Origin: Candidatus Saccharimonadia bacterium
GTDB lineage: Bacteria; Patescibacteriota; Saccharimonadia; Saccharimonadales; 2-12-FULL-41-12
Reading direction: 5' to 3'
Assembly (NCBI GenBank): GCA_963717365.1
Contig: OY970327.1
Coordinates: 75,599 to 139,598 of the forward strand
DNA length: 64,000 nt
The translations under genes and the position numbers were made by a program. This document shows positions 38,212 to 49,411 of the stretch, piece after piece. The stretch's first letter is position 1, and each line of letters starts with the position of its first letter. The notes under the pieces were generated by a model that was not told where the DNA came from, ran no database searches, and saw only the letters and a program-made list of their open reading frames with translations.

Positions 38212-39486
38212 ATGTTTATAGATAAAACCAAGGTTTTGGTACAAGGTGGCCAGGGCGGCAACGGCTATGTCAGTTTTCGTCATGAGAAATTTATTGACCG
38301 CGGTGGACCAGACGGCGGTGACGGCGGTGACGGCGGTGACATTATCGCCGTCGGCAGTAACAACCAGAATACGCTGGCAACATTTCGCTACCAAAAAGAA
38401 GTGGTAGCCGATTCTGGCAAAGGGGGTTTTAACCAGAAAAAGCATGGGCGTTCAGGCAAAGATTTGCGGATCATGGTTCCAGTTGGAACGGTAATTTTAA
38501 ACGAAGAAGGTGTTACTGTGGCTGACTTCACCGAAGATGGTCAAGAAGTGGTGATCGCCAAAGGTGGCAAGGGAGGCTTCGGTAATGCACACTTCATCAG
38601 CAGCCGGCGCCAAACTCCCCGAATAGCAGAAAAAGGCGAACCCGGTGAAGCTTTCGAAGCTACAATGGAGCTAAAAATGATCGCTGAAGTAGGATTAATC
38701 GGCATGCCAAATGCTGGAAAATCAACCCTGCTGTCGCGCGTTACAAATGCCAAACCGGAAATCGCTAATTACGCCTTTACTACTATTCGTCCTAATCTTG
38801 GCGTGGCAGACATCGATAAAACAAAAAGTGTGCTGATCGCAGATATACCAGGGCTAATTGAAGGCGCTAGTGAGGGTAAAGGCCTTGGAGATGAGTTTTT
38901 GCGTCATGTCGAACGTACAAAAGTATTAGTACATGTGGTTGACGCCTATCAGGAAGACATTGCAAAGGCTTATCAGGTAATACGTGGTGAATTAAAAGCC
39001 TATCGAATTGACCTTAGCAATAAGCCTGAAATTATTGCAATTAACAAAGTAGATGGATTAGATGAAGAAATAATTGAAGATCAAATGAAATCACTTCGAA
39101 AAGTAGCTGGTAAAAAAGCGCAGATATTTTCTATCTCTGCTACTAGCGGTAAAAATATAAAAGAACTAATGTACGCCGTAGCTGATGTAGTGAGTAAGAC
39201 GGTCGCCGCTGAGGAAAAATTAAATAATGAACTGCCAATTATTACGCTATCAGATACAGATGACGCTTGGCAGATCACTCGAGTAGACGAAGGCTATATG
39301 GTCATCGGCCAAAAAATTGAGCGGTTTGCTATGCGCACCGACTTCGAGAATGAAGAAGGGGTCGACCGACTGCGCAATATTTTACGTAAAATGGGCATCA
39401 TGCATGACCTAGAGCGTAAAAGAATCAGATTAGACGAAGAGATATTGTTCGGTCGGGGTGGAATTCACGGACGTATCAAGTACTAA
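38212..39486 (+). CDS. obg: GTPase Obg/CgtA
   Basis: MFIDKTKVLVQGGQGGNGYVSFRHEKF, the Gly-rich Obg fold, G1 motif GMPNAGKST and G4 motif NKVD. Confidence 0.95.
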   Translation: MFIDKTKVLVQGGQGGNGYVSFRHEKFIDRGGPDGGDGGDGGDIIAVGSNNQNTLATFRYQKEVVADSGKGGFNQKKHGRSGKDLRIMVPVGTVILNEEGVTVADFTEDGQEVVIAKGGKGGFGNAHFISSRRQTPRIAEKGEPGEAFEATMELKMIAEVGLIGMPNAGKSTLLSRVTNAKPEIANYAFTTIRPNLGVADIDKTKSVLIADIPGLIEGASEGKGLGDEFLRHVERTKVLVHVVDAYQEDIAKAYQVIRGELKAYRIDLSNKPEIIAINKVDGLDEEIIEDQMKSLRKVAGKKAQIFSISATSGKNIKELMYAVADVVSKTVAAEEKLNNELPIITLSDTDDAWQITRVDEGYMVIGQKIERFAMRTDFENEEGVDRLRNILRKMGIMHDLERKRIRLDEEILFGRGGIHGRIKY

Positions 39487-39532
39487 GCTAGTTAATAATT
39501 TGTTCATAAGTGAGTGGTACACTGGTAGTACA

Positions 39533-40990
39533 ATGAGTGCAACCAGTTTTTTCTTTTATGATTTAGAGACCAGCGGCATTGATGGACGTAAAGCCAGAAT
39601 TATGCAATTTGCCGGTCAGCGCACCGACTTAGATTTAAAACCTATCGGCCAACCGTATAATATTCTTATAAAGCTTACTGAAGATGTCTTGCCGGATCCA
39701 GACGCGGTTCTCATCACTGGAATTACGCCACAAAAAACACTGGAAGAAGGAATTACTGAGACTGAATTCTGTAAATTGTTTGCTGAAGAAATTGTCCAAC
39801 CGGGCACCTGCTTTGTAGGTTATAATAGCGTGCGATTTGATGATGAATTTATGCGATTCTTACTGTACCGCAATTATTATGATCCTTACGCATGGCAGTG
39901 GAAAGATAACTGCAGCCGTTGGGATCTGCTTGATGTAGTTCGTATGACTCGAGCTCTTCGCCCAGAAGACATCAACTGGCCCATGGATGAGAAAGGTGCC
40001 AGCACCAACCGACTCGAACTCCTAACTTTGTCAAATAACCTGACTCATGAAGCAGCCCACGATGCCTTAAGCGACGTGAAAGCAACGATTGCAGTGGCAA
40101 ATATGATTAAGTCAAAACAACCTAAATTATTTGAGTATTTATTTACAATGAGACTTAAAAAAGAAGTTTCAAAACTGGTTTTGTCTGGTCAGCCGTTCAT
40201 TTATTCTAGTGGTCGCTATCCCAGCGAATTTGAAAAAACAACTATAGCAATTAATCTTGGAGTGAACCCAGCAAGCCAAGGTGCGTTAGTATATGATCTT
40301 CGGCATGATCCAACTCCATTCTTAGCTATGAACACAGAAGAGCTAGTAGAAGCCTGGCGCTATACAAAAGACAAAGAAGCAATTCGTCTGCCTGTGAAGG
40401 GTCTTCAGTTTAATCGCTGTCCTGCCGTAGGTCCAATAGGTGTACTTGATGACGACAGCAAAGCTCGTTTGAAATTGGATATGAAGAAAATTGAAAAACA
40501 CAGAGCTATACTTAAGGCTGGAATTGGCTTTTACAATAAGGTAGCTGAGACAACAGAACTTATGAACATAGAACGCGACAAACGTTTAGCGTTAAAATTT
40601 AACGCCAAATCTGCCGCCCGCAGCCCAGACGAACAGTTATACGATAAATTTATTCCTGACAGCGACCGTTCAGTCTCAGAAAAACTACATAAAGCTAAAC
40701 CGATTGATCTAAGTCAATTTTCTGAAAAATTTTCCGATGAACGACTAAAGAATATGCTTCCGCTGTATAAAGCTCGTAATTATCCAAAACATCTTACCGA
40801 TGAAGAGCGAATTACCTGGGAAAATCATCGCCAACATGCATTGCTAGAAGGCGGAACCGGCAGCAGGTTTGCCCAGTTTGGCGCACGACTGGAAGAACTT
40901 AACCAGACTACAACTGACGATAACAAACAGTATTTACTAGAAGAGTTGCGGCTTTACGCCGAAAGTATCATGCCCGAGCTCGAAGTCTAG
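39533..40990 (+). CDS. sbcB: Exodeoxyribonuclease I
   Basis: DEDDh motifs FFFYDLETSG, GYNSVRFDDEF and HDALSDV. The ORF-track start at 39458 overlaps obg. The ATG at 39533 (MSATSFFFYD) is preferred. Confidence 0.85.
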   Translation: MSATSFFFYDLETSGIDGRKARIMQFAGQRTDLDLKPIGQPYNILIKLTEDVLPDPDAVLITGITPQKTLEEGITETEFCKLFAEEIVQPGTCFVGYNSVRFDDEFMRFLLYRNYYDPYAWQWKDNCSRWDLLDVVRMTRALRPEDINWPMDEKGASTNRLELLTLSNNLTHEAAHDALSDVKATIAVANMIKSKQPKLFEYLFTMRLKKEVSKLVLSGQPFIYSSGRYPSEFEKTTIAINLGVNPASQGALVYDLRHDPTPFLAMNTEELVEAWRYTKDKEAIRLPVKGLQFNRCPAVGPIGVLDDDSKARLKLDMKKIEKHRAILKAGIGFYNKVAETTELMNIERDKRLALKFNAKSAARSPDEQLYDKFIPDSDRSVSEKLHKAKPIDLSQFSEKFSDERLKNMLPLYKARNYPKHLTDEERITWENHRQHALLEGGTGSRFAQFGARLEELNQTTTDDNKQYLLEELRLYAESIMPELEV

Positions 40991-41000
40991 ATCGGTAATT

Positions 41001-41189
41001 TTAGATCGTACGACTAAATATCAGAGCTTGTTTTGATTTAATCTTTTTTAGTTGGATACGTACCATTGATCGTATGATCGCGTAGGTACTTATCACAAGA
41101 CTGAGTCCGACTATAAATAGTGCGACATCGGTGAATGAAAGATATATATTGGTTCCGGGAATATGTCCCAGCACGATGAATTCTAGCAT
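41001..41189 (-). CDS. Small hydrophobic protein (62 aa)
   Basis: ATG preceded by a GGGAG Shine-Dalgarno sequence, with one or two predicted TM helices. No homology recognised. Confidence 0.35.
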   Translation of the reverse strand: MLEFIVLGHIPGTNIYLSFTDVALFIVGLSLVISTYAIIRSMVRIQLKKIKSKQALIFSRTI

Positions 41190-41297
41190 TATTTTGCTCC
41201 CACAATAAATGACTTACTATGTATATAAGAGATATTGTAAACATATTTGTTAAAAAAACAAGTATATTTTATTAATTCTTATGCTAAGGTGTTAATG

Positions 41298-41738
41298 CTA
41301 GTGTTTTTTAATTTGTTTATAAATTCGTTCAAAACGTTTCTGATTGCTCAATATAATAATTAGGCTGATACTGAGCGTGAATAAGCCGATACCACGATAT
41401 AACAGCTCAGAGTAAGTTATCGTCAGGAAAGCACCGCCTACAATTGCCAGTAGACAAACTATATCTACTGCCAAGGAGACTCGTGGACTGCTCATCAGGT
41501 ACTTATCGGTAAATTCGTCGCGCCGGCGTTCAAAATCTTTTAGTAAATCGGCCGCCCACTGATGATTTAATGAAACCAATCCGAGTCCAGCTAAAAATAG
41601 CGGAATCCCGCCAGGACCGGGAAGCCAGCCAAGAAATGGCGCGATAATCATCAGGCCAAAACCAGCTACATCGATTGCAACGCGTTGATATATTGGCCGT
41701 TCTTTTCTGGTCTTAGTCATGACACTAGTATATAGCAT
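41298..41738 (-). CDS. PGPGW-type small membrane protein
   Basis: [17 protein letters not shown] motif and 3-4 TM helices. An alternative ATG exists at 41720. Confidence 0.6.
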   Translation of the reverse strand: MLYTSVMTKTRKERPIYQRVAIDVAGFGLMIIAPFLGWLPGPGGIPLFLAGLGLVSLNHQWAADLLKDFERRRDEFTDKYLMSSPRVSLAVDIVCLLAIVGGAFLTITYSELLYRGIGLFTLSISLIIILSNQKRFERIYKQIKKH

Positions 41739-41779
41739 CCGTTATAGCGTATAATGTATTGGTCTTAAAGGAGAGTTTA

Positions 41780-44587
41780 TTGGAGTTTATTTCTATTCGC
41801 GGAGCCCGCGAGCATAACTTGAAGAATATTTCTGTCGATATTCCGCGTGGCAAATTAGTTGTCATTACTGGCTTGTCCGGTTCTGGCAAGTCCAGCTTAG
41901 CGTTTGATACGATTTATGCCGAAGGGCAGCGCCGCTACGTTGAATCATTAAGTGCCTACGCTCGGCAGTTTCTTGGACTAATGGAAAAGCCGGACGTTGA
42001 TCAGATAGATGGTCTGAGTCCGGCTATTTCGATTGACCAAAAATCTACTAGCCGCAATCCTCGTAGTACCGTAGCTACCGTTACTGAAATCTATGATTAT
42101 CTACGTTTGCTGTACGCTCGGATTGGCGTGCCACACTGTCCAGTCTGTGGTAAGTCTGTCTCACGGCAAACTTCCAACGCCATCGTAGATCAAGTAGTCA
42201 GTCACAATGCTGGTGCCCGTCTAATGGTCTTAGCTCCGGTTATTAATGATAAAAAAGGTCAATTTGAACACATCCCAGAGCAGTACCAGCGACTTGGTTT
42301 TGTACGAGCCCGAGTTGATGGCGTCGTTTATTCGCTCGACGAATGGCCAGAGCTCGACAAAAAATATAAGCACACAATTGAAATCGTAGTTGACCGCATT
42401 GTGAATGATGAAGACAGTCGAGGTCGTCTGGTGCAGAGTATTGAACAGTCGCTTGATCTTGCCGAAGGAAAACTGTTGATTGTTGATGCCGATTCTAAAG
42501 AAGAACATCATTACAGCCTGATGTACGCCTGTATCGATCATCCTGATGTAACAATTCCAGAACTTGAGCCACGTACCTTTAGCTTTAATAGTCCTCACGG
42601 AGCCTGTCCGGTATGTACTGGCCTAGGCAGTCGGCTTGAGGTTGACCCGGAATTAGTAATTCCTAACGGTCGCCTGACGATTGCCGAAGGTGCAATTCGC
42701 CCATTCAATCGAGTCAACAGTGATGCCTGGTATATGAAAAAAATGCAGGCCGTGGCCGATAGATATAAATTTTCACTGCATGTGCCAACCGGCGAACTGT
42801 CGCAGGAAAATCTTAATAGAATCCTTTATGGCACAGAAAACGAAACTTACCGCGTTAAGCTTGGTGTCGGACGCTCCTTCGATACCTCCTACGAAGGGGT
42901 CATACCTAACTTGGAGCGTCGACACAAAGAAACCGACAGCGATTTTATGCGCCGTGATATCGAACGGTTCATGCAAGAACGACCCTGCCATGCCTGTAAA
43001 GGTCGTCGCCTTCGTCCGGAAGTATTGGCAATTACGGTGCACGGACAATCGATTATGAATATTTGCGAGTTGTCGATTGATGAAGCCGTCAATTTTTTCA
43101 ATACCATTAAACTAACAGACGCTGAACAATATATTGCCAAGCAGATCTTCAAAGAAATTTGTGCCCGCTTGAATTTCTTAAAAGACGTGGGGTTAAATTA
43201 TTTGAACCTGCTCCGCAGCGCTGCTTCATTAAGTGGCGGTGAAGCTCAACGTATCCGTTTGGCTACACAAATTGGTAGCGGCCTGCAGGGTGTGTTGTAT
43301 GTTCTAGATGAGCCAAGTATTGGCTTGCATCAACGAGACAACGCACGCTTAATTGCTACGCTGAAACGCCTGCGTGATCTTGGTAATAGTGTGCTGGTTG
43401 TGGAGCATGACGAAGAAACGATTCGAGTAGCGGATCATGTGTTGGATATTGGTCCAGGTGCTGGTATCCACGGTGGCCATGTTACAGCAGAAGGTACACC
43501 AGAAGAAATTGCTAGTAATCCCAACAGCATTACTGGCGAGTACCTGCGCGGCGTTAAAAAAATTGAGGTACCAAAGAAAATTCGTAAAGGCAACGGCAAA
43601 AAACTGACTGTCATAAATGCTCGAGAAAATAATCTAAAAAACGTAACGGTGGATTTTCCACTCGGCAAATTGATTGTAGTTAGTGGTGTGTCCGGTTCGG
43701 GTAAATCTAGCTTGGTTAACGATATCTTGGCCAAAGAATTATCTGCTCGTTTAATGCGTGCCCAATCAGTACCAGGCCGTCATGACTCAATCGAAGGCAT
43801 AAAAGAACTCGACAAAATTATTGTCATCGACCAATCGGCAATTGGTCGTACGCCTCGCAGCAACCCAGCAACTTATACCGGCTTGTTTACGCCAATCCGC
43901 GACTTGTTTGCCGGACTGCCGGAAGCAAAACTTCGCGGCTACAGCGCCGGTAGGTTTAGTTTTAACGTCCGTGGCGGCCGCTGTGAAAATTGTGCCGGAG
44001 ATGGCATTATTAAAATCGAGATGCACTTTTTGCCGGACGTCTACGTAACCTGTGAAGTCTGCAACGGCAAGCGCTACAACCGAGAAGCGTTGGAAATTCT
44101 TTACAAAGGCAAGAGTATTAGCGATATCTTGGCTATGACAACCGAGCAGGCGCTGGAGTTTTTTGTCAATATTCCTTCTATTTCCCGTAAGTTGCAGACT
44201 TTGGTTGATGTAGGACTCAGTTATATTTCACTCGGCCAATCGGCTACTACTTTGTCAGGCGGCGAAGCCCAGCGTATTAAGTTGGCAACCGAGTTATCAC
44301 GCCGTCCCACCGGTAAAACATTGTACATTCTGGACGAGCCGACAACCGGTCTGCATATGGCGGATGTGGATAAACTGCTACATGTTTTACATGCTTTAGT
44401 TGATACAGGCAACAGCATGATTGTGATTGAACATAACCTTGATGTCATAAAATCGGCCGATCATATCATAGACATGGGACCAGAGGGGGGAGCCGGAGGC
44501 GGCCAAATAATCGCCGAAGGAACACCGCAGCAAGTAGCCAAAGTGAAAACAAGCTATACTGGCAAATTCTTGACAAACATGCTATAG
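41780..44587 (+). CDS. uvrA: Excinuclease ABC subunit A
   Basis: Two ABC modules ([18 protein letters not shown]; LSGGEAQR twice) and zinc-finger cysteines. The likely start is the TTG at 41780, 6 nt after AAGGAG, giving (M)[16 protein letters not shown]. The ORF-track start at 41759 is also a TTG. Confidence 0.95.
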   Translation: MEFISIRGAREHNLKNISVDIPRGKLVVITGLSGSGKSSLAFDTIYAEGQRRYVESLSAYARQFLGLMEKPDVDQIDGLSPAISIDQKSTSRNPRSTVATVTEIYDYLRLLYARIGVPHCPVCGKSVSRQTSNAIVDQVVSHNAGARLMVLAPVINDKKGQFEHIPEQYQRLGFVRARVDGVVYSLDEWPELDKKYKHTIEIVVDRIVNDEDSRGRLVQSIEQSLDLAEGKLLIVDADSKEEHHYSLMYACIDHPDVTIPELEPRTFSFNSPHGACPVCTGLGSRLEVDPELVIPNGRLTIAEGAIRPFNRVNSDAWYMKKMQAVADRYKFSLHVPTGELSQENLNRILYGTENETYRVKLGVGRSFDTSYEGVIPNLERRHKETDSDFMRRDIERFMQERPCHACKGRRLRPEVLAITVHGQSIMNICELSIDEAVNFFNTIKLTDAEQYIAKQIFKEICARLNFLKDVGLNYLNLLRSAASLSGGEAQRIRLATQIGSGLQGVLYVLDEPSIGLHQRDNARLIATLKRLRDLGNSVLVVEHDEETIRVADHVLDIGPGAGIHGGHVTAEGTPEEIASNPNSITGEYLRGVKKIEVPKKIRKGNGKKLTVINARENNLKNVTVDFPLGKLIVVSGVSGSGKSSLVNDILAKELSARLMRAQSVPGRHDSIEGIKELDKIIVIDQSAIGRTPRSNPATYTGLFTPIRDLFAGLPEAKLRGYSAGRFSFNVRGGRCENCAGDGIIKIEMHFLPDVYVTCEVCNGKRYNREALEILYKGKSISDILAMTTEQALEFFVNIPSISRKLQTLVDVGLSYISLGQSATTLSGGEAQRIKLATELSRRPTGKTLYILDEPTTGLHMADVDKLLHVLHALVDTGNSMIVIEHNLDVIKSADHIIDMGPEGGAGGGQIIAEGTPQQVAKVKTSYTGKFLTNML

Positions 44588-44594
44588 TATCTTA

Positions 44595-45236
44595 ATGTCA
44601 CGCGAGTATAATTTTGATCCACAGCTCAACGCTCAGTATAATGCTGTTGCTGGTTATCGTACCTACGCCATAGGAGTAAGTGTTTTATCTAACCCTGACG
44701 AAACATTTCGGATACATGGCGGAGACATTGAAACAAAACCTAGCGGTATAATTGACCTTGCCAAGAGCCTTATGATTTTTGGCCTTAGCAATGTGGTACG
44801 CTATTCAAATCCAGCTATTTCTTCAGAAAAACTCCGCGAAAAAAGCCTTGAAAGCCTTCAGGAGGAATTTTATGGCTTAGTACCAAATATGCGGATCGCC
44901 GTGGACGTGGCTTTTGAGGATAAAAAATTTACCACGAGACTCGACCAACTTAGTCCGATAATTTCAATAGTTAGGCCGGCACCAATGTGCGTGGAAGGTA
45001 TCTATAAAAATATTTGTAAATCACGTAAAGGTAAACTCAAAGTGGCAAATTTGATGATGGGCATCCCGCTTGATAAACGTTTTAGCCAAGCTACAATCGA
45101 TAGTCCGGTTAATCCTTTACCTCAATTTGAAGCCGCAAATTTTGTACAAGCAGTATCTAATGATGATATTGAAGAGGTATTGGCCCAACTTGATGATTCC
45201 TTAAGACACCGAGGTTTTCCGGGCTCCAATAATTAG
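44595..45236 (+). CDS. Hypothetical protein (213 aa)
   Basis: The ORF starts 7 nt after the uvrA stop. No motif recognised. Confidence 0.5.
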   Translation: MSREYNFDPQLNAQYNAVAGYRTYAIGVSVLSNPDETFRIHGGDIETKPSGIIDLAKSLMIFGLSNVVRYSNPAISSEKLREKSLESLQEEFYGLVPNMRIAVDVAFEDKKFTTRLDQLSPIISIVRPAPMCVEGIYKNICKSRKGKLKVANLMMGIPLDKRFSQATIDSPVNPLPQFEAANFVQAVSNDDIEEVLAQLDDSLRHRGFPGSNN

Positions 45237-45239
45237 TAG

Positions 45240-45881
45240 TTAATTCTTTTTAATAAACTGGTTTTTAAATTTATTGGTCAACAGACGTCGTGTTTTCGGG
45301 TCTTTAAAAATATGGTACAGCGCCGGCCCAAAACTGAGCACCATTACCAGCCCGATTATGGGCAAAAGATAGGTTTCAATATTTGGAATAAGTCTGCCAA
45401 AGAAATATCCTAGCATTGTAACTCCGGCGCCCCATAAAGCGCTGCCAGCAATGTTATAAAACGTAAATTTACGCTTATCCATGTTGCCCATGCCGGCTAC
45501 TACTGGCGCAAACGTACGCACAATGGGTATGAAGCGAGCCAACAGAATAGTTTTGCCACCATGCTTTTCATAAAATTTTTCAGCCCGTTCAATATATTCA
45601 TGGCGGAATAAAATGCCATCTTTCTTTTTAAAAACACGCGGCCCGGCGCGGTTGCCAATAGCATAGCCTACATTTCCTCCGAGTATGGCGCTGATCATAA
45701 TTACAATTACAGCCGTAACAATATCAAATTGCCCTTGGGCGGCCAGCGTACCAGCCAAAAAAAGCAGCGTGTCGCCCGGAAAAAAGAACCCAAACAGTAG
45801 CCCGGATTCGGCAAAGACAATGAATGCTATCAATGCCAGACCACCAGTTGAAATAATTGTTTCCGGATCCAAAATACTCAT
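45240..45881 (-). CDS. DedA-family membrane protein
   Basis: FAESGLLFGFFFPGDTLLF and FIPIVRTFAPVVAGM. The start is moved to the ATG at 45881 (MSILDPE...). Confidence 0.8.
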   Translation of the reverse strand: MSILDPETIISTGGLALIAFIVFAESGLLFGFFFPGDTLLFLAGTLAAQGQFDIVTAVIVIMISAILGGNVGYAIGNRAGPRVFKKKDGILFRHEYIERAEKFYEKHGGKTILLARFIPIVRTFAPVVAGMGNMDKRKFTFYNIAGSALWGAGVTMLGYFFGRLIPNIETYLLPIIGLVMVLSFGPALYHIFKDPKTRRLLTNKFKNQFIKKN

Positions 45882-46030
45882 ATAGTTACTCCAGTATAGC
45901 TGATTTAAGCCGCCATCTGTTTGTCTGGACTTACAATACAGCAATAACAAACTGGGTTCTTGAGGTAAATATGGTATAATCAGAGAACACTACTGAAAAT
46001 TCTTATCCCCAAGGGAAGGTATACATACAA

Positions 46031-46726
46031 ATGAGCAATGAAACTATTACGCTAGCAGCGAGCAAACGCGATGTCCTCGGCAAGCAGGTACGCGGTTTAC
46101 GCGCTCAAGGCCGTACACCTGCAGTCGTTCATGACCACGGCAACGACTCTATCCATATCGTGGTTGAAGAGAGAGAACTAAAAAAAGTTTTTAGCGGGGC
46201 CGGTAAGCACCACCCAGTTATGCTCAACATCGATGGTAAGAGCTACACCACCCTTATCAAAGACGTAACCTATAAGCCTGCGACCAACCTTATTTTTCAT
46301 ACAGTTTTCCAATCAGTTAAAGCCAACGAAACGGTTAAGGCTGAAATCCCGGTTCACTTAATCGGTGAAATCCCTGCCGAGCGTGCCAGCTTGCTGGTTC
46401 TGCAAAACCTTAATATCGTCGAAGTTGAAGCCCTGCCTAAAGATTTGGTAGACGCGCTCGAAGTTGACGCGACCGTACTGGAAAAGCCTGGCGATACTAT
46501 TACCGTGGCTGACCTTAAGGTTCCCGCTGGCGTTACTGTTACGACTGACCCCGAAAATGTAATTGCTACCGTGGAAACGCCACGGGACCAGATCGCCGAA
46601 GCTGATGCCGCCGCCGCTGAGCTGGCTGAAGACGCTGGTACTGACACTTCTGAAGAAACTGATGCCGCTGCTGAAGGCGATACAGAAGAAACAACCGAAG
46701 AAGCCCCCGCGGAAGCTAAAGAATAA
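46031..46726 (+). CDS. rplY: Ribosomal protein L25 / general stress protein Ctc form
   Basis: N-terminal sequence AASKRDVLGKQVRGLRAQGRTPAVVH, two beta-barrel domains and an acidic C-terminal tail. TGGTATAAT extended -10 element upstream. Confidence 0.85.
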   Translation: MSNETITLAASKRDVLGKQVRGLRAQGRTPAVVHDHGNDSIHIVVEERELKKVFSGAGKHHPVMLNIDGKSYTTLIKDVTYKPATNLIFHTVFQSVKANETVKAEIPVHLIGEIPAERASLLVLQNLNIVEVEALPKDLVDALEVDATVLEKPGDTITVADLKVPAGVTVTTDPENVIATVETPRDQIAEADAAAAELAEDAGTDTSEETDAAAEGDTEETTEEAPAEAKE

Positions 46727-46738
46727 GAGCTACTTACA

Positions 46739-47521
46739 ATGAAAACAGCCGAAACTTCATTTGACGGGGTAGCGGCTGATTTCTATAGGTATGAAAGAAC
46801 AGTCCGGGGTGCCGTTCGGTATGACTTGGTACACGAAAACCTAGCACCGTATCTGGCAGATTCTACAAAAAATATTCTCGATGTGTGTGGCGGTAGCGGG
46901 CCAGACACGGCTTGGGTCGCCAGTTTGGGACACACTGTACTCCTAGTTGAACCATCGAAAGAACAACTGGGGATAGCCATGAAGGACCGTTTCCCAAAGC
47001 TTGGCAAAGACACCATGGCGTTAATTGATACTCAACAAGGAATGCTTAGTACGCTGCCAGATGGTCTGCATGGTACGTTTGATGTTGTCATGTCCCACGG
47101 AGTTGCCATGTACCAGGAGGATCCTGATGCGTATTGGCGCGACTGTATTAAGTTTATAAAACCAGGCGGCCTACTTTCTATATTAGAGAAGGGTTATGGT
47201 GGTACAGCAATGCGCTTGACGCGTGAGGATAAGCTAGAAGAGCTACAAGCCTTTTTATCCTCCAGACGTGTTGTTAATAATATGGGTAGGGAAGTCTGGG
47301 CATTTACATTCGATGGGTTGCAGAAATCATTAAGACAACTTGACTGCGAAGTAGTGTTTAAGGCTGGCATTCGTAACATCACTGACCATATGCGTCAGCC
47401 TAAAACTGAACTTACCGATAGCCAGTGGAAAGAGTTACTTGATGAGGAGCGGATACTTTCTCATGACATAGAAGAAATGCATCGCAGCCAGATGCTGCAA
47501 GTAATTGTCCAAAAAAAATAA
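46739..47521 (+). CDS. Class I SAM-dependent methyltransferase
   Basis: Motif I is ILDVCGGSGPD. Post-I motif is LLVEPS. Confidence 0.7.
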   Translation: MKTAETSFDGVAADFYRYERTVRGAVRYDLVHENLAPYLADSTKNILDVCGGSGPDTAWVASLGHTVLLVEPSKEQLGIAMKDRFPKLGKDTMALIDTQQGMLSTLPDGLHGTFDVVMSHGVAMYQEDPDAYWRDCIKFIKPGGLLSILEKGYGGTAMRLTREDKLEELQAFLSSRRVVNNMGREVWAFTFDGLQKSLRQLDCEVVFKAGIRNITDHMRQPKTELTDSQWKELLDEERILSHDIEEMHRSQMLQVIVQKK

Positions 47522-47600
47522 CTGTCATAACTACTTATTAACTGTTTCGCCGTCACGATGTTTAAGCAACTGATAACTGGTTTCGCAAAAGAACTATAAC

Positions 47601-49409
47601 CTACTCTCGGTAACCTTCGGCTTGCTTGGTAAATAGTTCGTTATAAAGACCATTTTGTTTCACGAGTTCCTTATGGGTACCTTGCTCCACAATTTTGCCG
47701 TGCTCCATTACGATAATTCTGTTTGCTCGACGAACAGTGCTGAAACGATGACTAATGATTAAGGCAGATTTTTTCTGATAATACTTAAAGATATTATTGA
47801 AAATATCATACTCAGCCTTGGCATCAATAGCAGAAGTCGGCTCATCTAAAATCAGCATATTGGCATCCCTGTAAAAAGCTCGAGCCAAAGCTACCCGCTG
47901 CCATTGGCCGCCACTAGGCTCAATGCCTTTTTTAAAACTAGCATCAAGCACTGTTTCCCAGCCATATTTATAGTCTTTTACAAGTTCGCTAACTCCACCA
48001 AACTCAGCAGCACTTTCGAGTTTTTTAGAGTTAGCTTTTGTCTCCGGTCGCCCTATATAAATATTTTCATCAATCGGGAAAGGATACTCGTTAAAGTCCT
48101 GGAACAGCGTAGCTAGCTGCGTATACCATGAATCAATCGCAATTGACTGCAAATCCTGGCCGTTAATAAGAATCGTGCCTGAATCTGGTTTATAAAATCT
48201 GAGTAATAATTTGATAAGCGTTGATTTGCCAGCGCCATTTTCGCCAACTAATGCTACATGTTCGCAAGCGCCGATGGTTAGGTTTAAATTTACAAACGTT
48301 GGGGTTGTTTGACCAGGGTAAGTAAAACTAACTGATTTAAATTCGATGGTTGGTGGACTAGAATCTTTAATTGATATTGCGTTCGGATGATCAACAATCT
48401 GAGGTCTAGTAGCGATTAGTGCGTAGAAGTTCTGAGCAAAAAGTAAGGGATCTTGTATGCGCGACAAGGTCCCAAAAATAGCGTTAAGGGCACCTCCAAT
48501 TCGTAACAAGGCGCCTGATAAGAAGAAGTATCGATCAAGCGCAATAGCGCCGCCTAAAAATTGCTTCAACAAGATAATTGAACCTATAGCGACGCCACCA
48601 ACTTCTATAATCTTTGACGAGAAACTTAACTTACTGACGCTGCGAAATTTAGTCTCCTGCTCACGATAAAAGTCAGTATTGATTGTTTTAATTTTGTGCT
48701 GAGCATAATTCCGAGCTTGCATACTACGTAGCTCCATTTGGTTTTTTGGCATACTGAGCATTTGTGTCAGGCCGCTAAAGACATGCCGATTGTCGCCCTT
48801 ATGTTCCCAGACTAACCACTGAATTTTAGCTACTTTGGCGTCGCTAAGGAGGGTTGGCAATAAAAATAAGATAATCACCAAGATCAGCCACGGACTTATT
48901 TGCGCTACTACGGCACCGATTGCCAAAAAGCGAATAAGGGCATAAATTAATTCCAGATAGGTTTCCGATAGATTAGGTATTTGCCATGAATAACCATGCT
49001 GGGCTTTATTAATGTTATTTCGAATCTCGTCATTGTAAAAGTCACTAATATCCAGCCGGTTCATGACTGTCATAAACGCATTGACTGACCACTTATTAAC
49101 CGCAAAATAAAGCAAGCGACTAGAGTACCGCATTATCCAAAAACCAATACCGGTTAACACCGCAGCCCCTATATCCACATATAGCCAGAACCAGATCCCG
49201 TCAGTTTCTTTTGTAGTAATGTAGCTAGCTAGCAGGCCGGCTAGTTTTGCTGATGCGAAGATAGTAACAATTGAAGCTACTGTTTCAAGTACAGCTCCAA
49301 ACAGATAAAGCGCTACTGCCGCTGGACGTACCGAAATTGCGGTTTGCATGACTTGTTTGCCAACGCTCAGCACGGCAGTAGCTTCGAATAGTTTAGTTTT
49401 AATAGCCAT
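47601..49409 (-). CDS. ABC exporter, fused permease/ATPase (heterodimer partner 2)
   Basis: Six-TM N-terminal half, Walker A GENGAGKST, signature PSGGQWQR and Walker B MLILDEPTS. The ATG at 49409 follows the upstream stop directly. The ORF-track start at 49448 is a GTG inside the upstream gene. Confidence 0.85.
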   Translation of the reverse strand: MAIKTKLFEATAVLSVGKQVMQTAISVRPAAVALYLFGAVLETVASIVTIFASAKLAGLLASYITTKETDGIWFWLYVDIGAAVLTGIGFWIMRYSSRLLYFAVNKWSVNAFMTVMNRLDISDFYNDEIRNNINKAQHGYSWQIPNLSETYLELIYALIRFLAIGAVVAQISPWLILVIILFLLPTLLSDAKVAKIQWLVWEHKGDNRHVFSGLTQMLSMPKNQMELRSMQARNYAQHKIKTINTDFYREQETKFRSVSKLSFSSKIIEVGGVAIGSIILLKQFLGGAIALDRYFFLSGALLRIGGALNAIFGTLSRIQDPLLFAQNFYALIATRPQIVDHPNAISIKDSSPPTIEFKSVSFTYPGQTTPTFVNLNLTIGACEHVALVGENGAGKSTLIKLLLRFYKPDSGTILINGQDLQSIAIDSWYTQLATLFQDFNEYPFPIDENIYIGRPETKANSKKLESAAEFGGVSELVKDYKYGWETVLDASFKKGIEPSGGQWQRVALARAFYRDANMLILDEPTSAIDAKAEYDIFNNIFKYYQKKSALIISHRFSTVRRANRIIVMEHGKIVEQGTHKELVKQNGLYNELFTKQAEGYRE

Positions 49410-49411
49410 GA

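Noticed and set aside
38311-38340. A 9-bp tandem repeat (gacggcggt x3.3)
   Set aside because: It encodes the Gly-rich GGDGGDGGDGGD segment that is a normal part of the Obg fold. It is not an independent repeat feature or phase-variation tract.
38125-38445. 106-aa minus-strand ORF overlapping the obg start
   Set aside because: It is antisense to the highly conserved Obg N-terminal domain and to the obg promoter region. The repeated TAVTAVTAV in its translation is just the reverse read of the GGDGGDGGD codons.
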